In this document: positions 54,417 through 64,000 of the stretch, piece after piece
How positions within the stretch are numbered: position 1 is the first letter of the stretch
Layout of the letters: each line of letters opens with the position of its first letter
Notes under the pieces: generated by a model
What the model was told of the DNA's origin: nothing
What the model saw: only the letters and a program-made list of their open reading frames with translations
The model's database searches: none
Position numbers and translations under genes: made by a program
Assembly (NCBI GenBank): GCA_038496445.1
Contig: JALMLS010000344.1
Location: 248,001 to 312,000, forward strand
Length of the DNA: 64,000 nt
Reading direction: 5' to 3'
From: Trichosphaerium sp. ATCC 40318
Lineage: Eukaryota; Protista; Tubulinea

Positions 54417-57400
54417 TTATTTGTTTCGACTAGTACATTTCATTTGTTCCAAGACTCCTACCTTGGTTCTCTGTAGCTCTCTACATTATTCAGTATTTTG
54501 ATATCCTTCATGTTCCATGTTTTCTCATCTACAACTAGTTTAAACGCTTTAGCTTGCCAGTGTCCTCTGTGATTCCATGCTAAACGAAAAAGAATAAACA
54601 AAAGCGATGTAAAGTTTGCTTCTTTTCGTAAAAGATTCTTACATTGGAAGCGGACAGCAGTTCCTGAAACTCTAAATTCTCCATCAATCTCGAACTTGTT
54701 CTTTTTCTTCAAAACTGAGCCTATTACAAGACCAGCAAATGAAGCCGAACCACAGAATCCGCACTGAGAAATCCTGGAAAAAAAAACACAAAGTAAGACA
54801 GCTGGTCCAAACGAAAACGGTCTCAGATGCAATCAGCATGCTCTGAACAAAAACAAGGTTGGTGACTCAAACACTAACCTATCCCTGGCTTCGCGCGGAG
54901 CAGACCACAAGCTAGATCCTTCAATTCTACCTCTAGAGAAGGTCTAAAAAAGGTTAACTCAGGTATCAAACTAGCCTTGAAAGGTACATATTTGCTCCAA
55001 AAATGGCGATAGAGAGCTTCAGCAGCTATCATAAACCACTTTGAATTTTTACCAAGCTCATTAGATTTTTTTGTATCCTAATAGGCTGTAAACAATGCTA
55101 TACTCTCGAAATCATTCACTATGGAATGAAAACTTACACCATCCTCTACTACGCCAACGTGGTTTCTTCTACCTTGGTTAAACAGAAACCAAGGCCCTTC
55201 TCGAGCATCTGGAGGGACTTTGTAGTCCTATGGAAACATGAGTGGTTGACTTGGACTCAAAAGGAATGCGTACTTTACTGAGTTGAAGTAAATTTGGAAG
55301 ACAATACTTAACAAAGTTGTCATCCTTTATGTACTTTTCATTCTCGGTTGAAATTTCATCCCCAGAGAGATAAACTTTTAGTTGATCCATTCCGTGAGGT
55401 GTAAGCATGTTGCATAATGCCCCAGGTATCAATAAAGGCATATCTAATATCAAGTTTAGATTCTGGCCCAAAAAAAAAAAAACCTTACTCATCAGAGGAT
55501 TGAAATGAAGTGATATCTTCTTTAAATTAGCCGCCTTTAAGCTCTTTGGTACTTCCTTAAGTCTGTTGTAACTGATATCGAGTTCAGTAAGATTTTCTAG
55601 TGAGCCTATAGATGAAGGAAGACTAGAAAGGTTGCACCCCTAATAAAAACAAAAGTTACAACTTGAAAGCTACATTGTACCTTACCATCAATTTTACTGT
55701 ACTCAGAAGATTTGCAGTCTTGAATAGACTATCGGGTATAGAGGTAACATCATTTTCTGATATGTCAAAGGTTTCCAACGATAATAGAGACGTGACAGCT
55801 TCTGGGAACCTTGTTAACTTGTTCTCTGCTAGATTCAAATATGTCATCTTATTCAGCGTTCCCAAACTGCCTGGTATTTTACACAATCGGTTTAATTGAA
55901 GATTCAGATGTTCAAGATTATCCAATTGGCCGATTTCATCAGGAAGAGATTCAAGCAGGTTATGAGATAAATCTACAATTTAATGGGTTAGTTCGATGCA
56001 ATTTTTTTATATCATTCTATGTGACTTACCAAGGAAGGTTAAGTTTGGTGTATGTTTTATAAAATCACAAGCAACGAAATAGTTACGAGATAAGTCAAGG
56101 TGAGTTATATTACCACCAACAGATTTAAACCATGCGTCATCAAGAGAGCAGCTGGCAATACCTGATAATCATTAGTTAACGAGAAACCTTTAAAAAAAAT
56201 TGCACGTGCCAAAGTTGACAACACTCACATGTGTTGCATCTATTGTCTTCCAACCTTCTGGCATACTTTCAATAGTTGCTGTAAGATCCGCGTTATGGTT
56301 TCTAATCTCCTTGTTCCTAACGTGAAATCAATAAAAAACCTGTTATTCGAACGGACTAGTTCTTACCTTCCACAACCAGTAAGCTCTACACGCTTCACAC
56401 CTGCATACTCACCATTAAGAAGTACTTTTTGCGTTGACGATGTTGACAGAATAGAAAGCTCTTTGACTTTGTTTAGTTTGAAATCAGCCAACTTGGTATC
56501 AGCATTGTAGATAAAAAGTGAAACCTAACAAATCCTTTTAGAACGCGATGAAATAATGGAAAACTATTGAATTTGTTCGATCGGTACTATTAAAGCAGTG
56601 CTTCGCACATTGGTAGTAACCAATGACATTTAAATGACACCACTCGGCGACAAAGTGAAGTTTCAAAAAAGAGTTCGAAAATAAACAGTAACATTACCTT
56701 TTCAAGTTCAGGTAGCTGTGATAAATCTATGGACTTATAAACGGCTTGATTGAAATTTATAACACGAAGTTTCTTTAACGTTACAAGCTAACAAACATAA
56801 GTAAAATAAATAGAAGAAAAAAAGGAGAGAAAAAATAAATTTGATAAAAACTAAAAACTATCAGTTACCTCGTTGAACATTCCATAACCTGGTTTTCGGT
56901 TACTATAGTAATGACCACAATCATAGTGATAATGAAACTCTCTCAGGTTTGGAAATTTAAGCAAGAGTGGCATTGTTTGCTTTTTACACTCAGCGTAAGC
57001 TGAGCCTGAACAAACGAGTTAAGTAAACCAATACTTCGGCGTATTTTGAGAAAATGAAACATACCTAAAGTGAGGGATACCATACCCTCTGCTACAGCAG
57101 TAGGCAAATCCTCCAGAATTCTTGTGCGAAGGTCGTTCTTAAGACCAAGTATGTTGAGAGTACGCAAACTCTTCATCTCCACAAACATTGCTTTAAAAAA
57201 GTCAGAAGAAAAAAACTACATTGAGTTTTAACTTTGAATACTTGCCTACAACAATATTTTGAATCACTTTAGTACGCTCAGTCTCTTTTCTAGACCTTTC
57301 GGAGTACTTGTCCGCTTCAACTGGTTTTATATCTTCAGGAGGGTCCGATAAAAAAGCTACACACGTGAGTGAGTACTGTTTCCGAACAACTTAAATAGTT

Positions 57401-57925
57401 TCTTGTATCGTACTCGTATTATTTATTGGATATTGACTGTTGTTATACGCAAGACGTGTTACTACAGTATCAAGTTAGGTATAGTGAATGTTTCACAATC
57501 GCGTACACTCCCATTTCTGAAACACTGACAATTTGGTCACTTTTTGAGCATATTTAGTAAGCCACTTTACATGATGTTCAGTTATGCTTGAGATTGGCTA
57601 ATAACAAAGGTCAATTAAGCGTACATGTGGCTTAAAAAAGCATTGCTTTGTCAACGGTTTGTTTAGGCTAATTGGTGTTGTCTTTTTGGCCTTAGTGGCG
57701 TAGTATACCTCTATGTCCTTAGATATAACCAGTGATGATTTTGGAGTTGATACAGCAATGTTTTGCCATGATTTATTTACGGAAGCCACTGCTGGTATGT
57801 CCTACGCAAAATAAGATACAGAGCGTATTCTTGAGGTATTTTGAACTCTTGTACGAAAGGCAACGTACAGACCACTCCAAATTGGAGAAAATACTGCAAA
57901 TTATTTCAGGAGGACAAGTTTCCAT
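54417..57925 (-). CDS. F-box/leucine-rich-repeat protein with an uncharacterised C-terminal domain
   Basis: F-box start METCPPEIICSIFSNL...VNKSWQ; LRRs LEHLNLQLNRLCKIP, YLNLAENKLTRFP, LDISYNRLKEVP; C-terminal region containing CGFC. Confidence 0.82.
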
Positions 57926-58337
57926 CGTGGAATGTCAACTATTCTGACAATAAAAGCAATTAACTGAACTAAACACTTTAAGTTAATATACTTATCGCTA
58001 TCTCAAGTTCGGCACTTAAGCTGAATACTCTCACATGCTATGTACAAAACAGCCTATATGGTTTGGTTAAATCTTTCCAATTGCTCGCTGAACTTAAGCA
58101 AACTGACGATCACTTTGGGTCAAGCAAAACTCGTTTCTCGTTTCTCATGAACGTCAATTTATGACTTACCACGAAATGTAAAGAGTTTTGTCATCCTTCT
58201 TACCAGTTGTGAAAAGCAAACCTTCCTAGTGATGGATTCTCTTCTAGATCATTGCATTGTTATCAATGAGCAGTTAATAATTTTCTACAAGTTTAACTCA
58301 TTTTTTATTCGATTTTGGAATAAATTAAAATCAAGGT

Positions 58338-61300
58338 CTATGACGACACTCCAAGCTTTTTAGCAGATATAGGGCTTGATAAACTTTCTCTATTGCTCTC
58401 ATTAATAGTAAACTGCTCAAGCACAGACTAACATTGTAGGTAAGCACATACGTCAACAAACAAAGAAGAAGGTAACAATATCAAAACAAAAAATTATCGT
58501 TACAATTTTTTTTTCCAATCGTACCGATGCGTCTAATCCTGTAAGGTGACAAACCTTAGATTTAAGCCTGAAGTAGGATGACTCAAGTTCGTTTTGTAGT
58601 ATGAGTTGTTCTGGTCCGATCAAGTCTGCATTAAGAGATACAGCGAGACTTAATAGTTTCAAAAACGCAATGAACTCCTTTTTGAGCTGTTCTCTATGGT
58701 TTTCATCGTACTTGGAGCGATTATCGCCCAAGAACGATTCTAGTATCTCCTCAGGTCCCTTATTAACCTCTATACCATATATGAGAACACTGCATTTAGA
58801 AATAAAATAGTAGAGCCGTACGCAAGAGTAGAGCGCCTTGGAGTTGTCTTTGAAGTGTTTTGGAGTTTGCTCCAATAGAATTCACTAAAACGATTGTTAT
58901 GATCTATTGATACCGTTCTAGACAATAGCGTACACTCTGTTTGTAATCCTTGGCGTTGTCCTTGAATAATCTCAGTAGCATTTTCGATAGGCGTTAGTTC
59001 GATCTTTAAACATAGAGGTTAGGTGAAGAAGTACAATATGTAAAAAAAGCTAAAGTGCCACACGCACCTGTTCTTTAGAGACAACCTTTAGCCTTTTCTT
59101 CAAATAAGGGAATGCATACACAGTTGTGAGTATAGTCTTTCTCTGCCATAAAGCAGTGATATCCTCAGAATCGAACTTTTTACCAGATTTGGTGAAAGGA
59201 GTTGCATAAATAAATTTGACTACAAGCAAAAAAAAATTAGCAAAAAAGTTTACGTTGTGCACAAGAGCTTTCACGTTCGACTAAGGCACTTGTTCCAAAT
59301 AAAATATTCAAAGATTGTCGTACCAATATTATTGTTAAGTTCAAATAATGAAATTCTTTTCTCTCCAGGCTCTTCTTCATGGAATACTTCAACTGAGATA
59401 ATTTGAATGTACAAATGATTTTCATCCTTGATTTGATCTTTGACAGGTTTAAGATTAGATAGCTTGTGTATCTAAACAACAATGTAAGAATGTACAGGCT
59501 TTATATAACCAAGACGCAAAAGCGTTTTGTCATGACATACCTTATCAGCGCCGAATTCATCCTTGAACTGAGAGAGGAGGCGATTGGTAAACTCTGCAAC
59601 CATGGTGATTCCTTTTTCTTTGTAAATGTACTCGTTGCCAGAAAGCTCCTAAAAGAAAGCCATTAGAACTGTCAATAATATAAGCTTTTAGCTGTTGATA
59701 GACGTACAGAAATGAGATTTCCAAAGAAAGCTACACGATAGTAACGACCGAAAATCCTAAAATCACAAAATTACAACCAAAAAACTTTAAGTTTTGTTTT
59801 TAAGTTACCTTTGGCTTGCAGCTTGATCCTCTACGATCTGTTGACACAAAACGTGACATTGAGAGTGACACTAAATATTGATTTAGAGTAAAGCAAGATA
59901 AAGCTATTGAAATGAGTGTTCAGTACCTCTCCCATGCGCCTGTAATCTCTGGAGTGCTGGTACACTGGAAGCAACAATCTGTATACTTCAACACACGCTT
60001 CGTACATGTGTCCCATTTTTAGTTGTTGGATACTGTTCTTCATCATTAACGCAAAACCTTCTTCCGTAAATACAGAACCCTACAAAGAATAAGTTATAAA
60101 GTACAAAATCTTCAGCAGATTTTCGCCATGGCGAAGCGTTTTTCTTCAATCAATATAAACAAACGCACCTGACAGATATCGTTTTCAATCGCTTTGAGCG
60201 ATTCAAGAGAAGGAAGCGTGCATGCTTTATCAATGTTAGGGAATACGAAGTTATATCTGATTCCTTTAAGTTCGTCTGGAAGCCTTCCAAGAAGTTCCAA
60301 ATATCCAGAAACCAAGGCAGCAATAAGGACATTTGTTTGAGCTGCTTCCTCAAAGTTCTTTTTCTAAAACAATAAAGGTCATTTCAAAGCCTTCACGTTT
60401 ATCAAGCTAAGTGGGTTTGTACCGTAAAATGGAACCTAGCTAGTGTCTGCAACCACGTAATACGTAGGTCCGGACTGCCAACGAAACCCTTGGAGATCTG
60501 GAAGTAGAGATCTGCTTTTGTTTCAGGATCGAAACTGTACTTGTGCATTTTTTGAGCGTCACGAATAACCTACGACGGTAGTTAGATCGTTTATGCAGTA
60601 TTTGTAAAAAGCGTGCCCCAAATAGTAGGTTGATGAGTTCTTGGACTTGTTTACCAAGAGCAGTTCCTGAAGCTGTTCGTTGAATAAAGTTTGCCATACA
60701 ATGATGAGAAACAGATTCCAAAGTAGTCTGTAGTGAAGCAAAGACGTTCTTTACGCTTCCTCTCTTCGTGCCAGGTGTGCTTGGCGTGCCCTCTGTTTGT
60801 TCATCAAGTTCACCACACATTTTTGAAATGGCTATAGTGCTCTGCAATCGAGTACGAGAGAAGTTACCAGACTCTTCAAAGTTATTCTAAAAGTGATTAG
60901 TTTTATACCAAAAATTAAATAATCAAATTCTTACCTTTATGAGGAAGATTAATACCGCTGCAGCCTGGCTTCTAGTTTGGAAGCATTTGGCATTACAATG
61001 ACGAACAATTTCGTAAGTTAAATCACCACAGATTGTGTTTTTATAGGTGAAGAGAGGCTTCTTAAATTCAGGAATCAAATATTTCAGCGCATGAAACACT
61101 TTCGTCAAAACATCAGTACATGGATCACTCTTTAGTATACTGATAATGGTCTAACAAGCATAAAAATAAGTAAAAATAATACAGTGAGAACCATTCAAAA
61201 ACGAAACAACCAGAACTAATAGAAGCAAAAGCAACGTACATGCCAAACTTTCTCAAAAAAGCGTGATGTTTCTTTAGTCAAATCAGAGGTATAATGATCT

Positions 61301-64000
61301 CTAATAAAGTCGGAGACTACACTCAAAGCAGTTAAGGCAACCTCACGGGCCAAATTTTGCTCCTAAAAATCAACAATAAGTACAGTGGCAGTCAATTTCG
61401 TTTACCTTTAGAACCAACTCTTTTGGTGACATTTTTTCTTTTTTAGCACCGCCTGTAGGTATAGCCATAGAACCTCTCATTCTTGGCTTATAAAATGCCT
61501 ATTGAAAATAATTAATTTCGAGAGAGAACGTCAAAATACAACTAAGTGAACAGCGGGAACAAATAAAAACAAGAAAACTTGGCTAGCTGAAATTTCTTTC
61601 TCAATGAAATTAAATGTTAATCTATCTGTACTAACTTCTAATCTCGCCTTTGTTGAACTACTGCGGTTATGTAAAGACTGTTGGTTACCAGAAGGAGAAT
61701 TCTTGAAATGAGACAACTTAGAGATACGATATTTCCTCTTTTTGGAGCTAGGAAAGCCGATTAGCCATTTGTGCATCCAATGGCTTTATTTCATAAACGA
61801 AAAAACACGTACTCTTCTTTACCAGTCTTGAAACTTCCTGAATCTTCAGCAGAGTCGTCCAAGATAGGGGACACTGGTAAAACTCTAGTTTGAATCAAGT
61901 TAGATATTGACTTTTTGAGTTTGAAGCATACCTCATGGATACTGTAGGTTGGGCTTCTACGACCTTAGATCCTCGGTACTATGATACACACAATGAGTGT
62001 TTTTCGAAATACAATAGAGAGAAACATTTATACATACCTTAAAAGTGTCGACACTCTCGGATAGTAATTTCAAAAATGACACTTTTCGCTTTGCTGTGTC
62101 CTTTAACCACCAATCACGTAATAGCCGTCTGCTAACGTTTTTGACGATTGACAAGAAACAAATAAGCCAGTTACGCTTCTCAACTTGATCACGGTTGTTG
62201 AATATGAGACTGGTGCTGTTGTCGAGTACAATCAAAATAAATGGGAAATAAATTTGAGCAATGCGTTCAACCATCTTTATCTCTATGTAACGTGGATCAT
62301 GCGCATGTTTCCAAAACAATTTTCTGATGAGAACAATGAGACAACCAATAAAGTAATAATTGAGTCAGTACCTTAGCAAATCAAGACCATAAGAGCGTCC
62401 GGCAGTCGAATGAATAGAATTCTTAATTTCAGCCAGGATTACACCTGCCAAAAAGTGGAATTTGTGAAACGACGCAGCAAGGTTCACAATCTCACTAATC
62501 ATTCCATTTACTGGGTAATTTAATGGAATATAGTGCTCATAACTGGCCAGAATATCAAGGAATCTAACTCAAGTCAACTCACTAGCAAGAAATAATCTGA
62601 ATATTCACGTACACAAACTTCATATGTATACAGTTTATCTCCTTCTTAGATGAATCCAAGCTCGTTAGGTATACGTGTATCATATGAAATACTAATGAAT
62701 ATGTAAGAATTTCAATACTCGTAACACCTTCGCTAATACTAACCTTCACCACGATCAAGAATTGAAAGTGCATCACGTAAGAAAAACGCCATATTAATAT
62801 TCATGTGCTTAGCCAGCGTCAAGTGATCACGTGCCATTTTGCTTGACTAAAGATTTTGTTGTGAGTATCATTGATTTTTAGTCAAAGGTATTTTGTGTAC
62901 CTGACGCGCAATACCTTCAATCAATTTCAAGATAGAGTCATACATTCCTTTCTCGAAACGTTTGGTTCTATCAAAATCTTGTAATAAATTTTTCTGAAAA
63001 AAACTAGTTAGTTTTCATCTCTACAACTGCAGCCGTACATCATCAAGGTGTAACACCATAGATTTATAAATAACGCCAAATAAGAACCATGAGTATTTAA
63101 ATAGCTCCAAGCGCTTCTTATTAGTACCCTATTAAGAAACAACAAAGTTAGTAAAGCAAAGACAAGAGATATATTTCAATAGGATTCTGAATTAACGTAC
63201 AACGCAGTTTAGCCAGTGTTGAATGAGGGCATGACATGTGACGCGCTTATCTCCAGTGTAATTTTTAAAAGCATACATAATATAAGACTCTAACAGGGAG
63301 TACTCAATCGTAAGCTCGGAAACAACCTCAAGAACATCTACATAATTAATGAGCGAAAGAATTTTGTAAATGTCGTTAGAACGGACCAAATAGAACATAA
63401 AATGCCTCTTTAGCAACTTCAGTTGACTCATCAGATATTATACGAAGCAATATGTTTAATAAGATAGGAAAGTTGGCAACAATAACTGTGGAATCTTCAA
63501 CATTAGCCAAATTTTTAATAGCCTATAAAAAAAATTTAATCTACAAACATTTTTAATAGGATTGTACCTCAACACTCGTATCACCCTCAGCTGCCCAAGA
63601 CGTATAAAACGTCTGTAGAACCGAATCTTGTGTATAAACAGTTGATAGTGTCCTTACTCCGTATGTGAAGACAGCTTTTTGATTATCCACCCAACGAATA
63701 GTCTCTTGCATATCAGGACTAAAAATAAATTAAAAACGTAAAGCTATGTGGTATTGACGTACTTAGAATAATTACTTGGTAACTCCATAGCCACAGGAAC
63801 ACTATATGTACCATCTTTTACAACATGGTTGCTCTCAAAAAGAGGTATTGTACAACGTGCCAACATAACCTTATTGGAAAAAAAAGTAAGTCAAAATAAA
63901 AGCTTAAAGTAATCCCCTTTTGGTTGTATCTTACCTCTGGTTTATTATCTTTGATCTTTTTAGCTTGGCATGTAACTTGATAGAATGTAACCAATAGATG
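58338..64000 (-). CDS. DOCK-family (Dock-C/D, zizimin-like) Rho GEF, 5' end outside window
   Basis: DHR-1 C2 segment (HLLVTFYQVTCQ) and DHR-2 motifs SPDLRITWL, IFGRYYRVAFFG, FIYATPFTKSGK, FPYLKKRL, LTPIENA, VNKGP. Confidence 0.93.

Noticed and set aside
54776-54878. In-frame TGC-TGA (possible Cys-Sec) in the F-box gene
   Set aside because: It lies inside a single longer GT-AG intron that restores the frame without recoding, and no SECIS element was seen.

Overview
This is compact, AT-rich eukaryotic nuclear DNA, not prokaryotic. It carries about 18 protein-coding genes broken by hundreds of short (mostly 40-100 nt) spliceosomal introns, so the ORF track shows only exon fragments. Gene content suggests a free-living amoeboid protist (Amoebozoa-like; inference only). 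In order: RecQ helicase (5'-truncated), ankyrin-EDR1-kinase with a cytochrome c gene nested antisense in one intron, GlcNAc kinase, mitochondrial PPR protein, glyoxalase II, a multipass membrane protein, Cid1-like TUTase, leishmanolysin-IPT, a long ankyrin protein, a small mitochondrial protein, a PH/coiled-coil protein, MOB1, a small TM protein, DNA polymerase zeta (REV3), a giant PH-pseudokinase-STAND-TPR-pseudo-histidine-kinase, a type I transmembrane PARP-like ADP-ribosyltransferase, an F-box/LRR protein and a DOCK GEF (5'-truncated). The best leads are (1) a receptor-like ADP-ribosyltransferase with a beta-helix ectodomain and an intact H-Y-E triad, (2) the intron-nested divergent cytochrome c, (3) the catalytically eroded hybrid histidine-kinase scaffold, and (4) unusual splicing (a probable U12 intron and many GC-AG introns). 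Exon structures were assembled by eye; no database searches were run.
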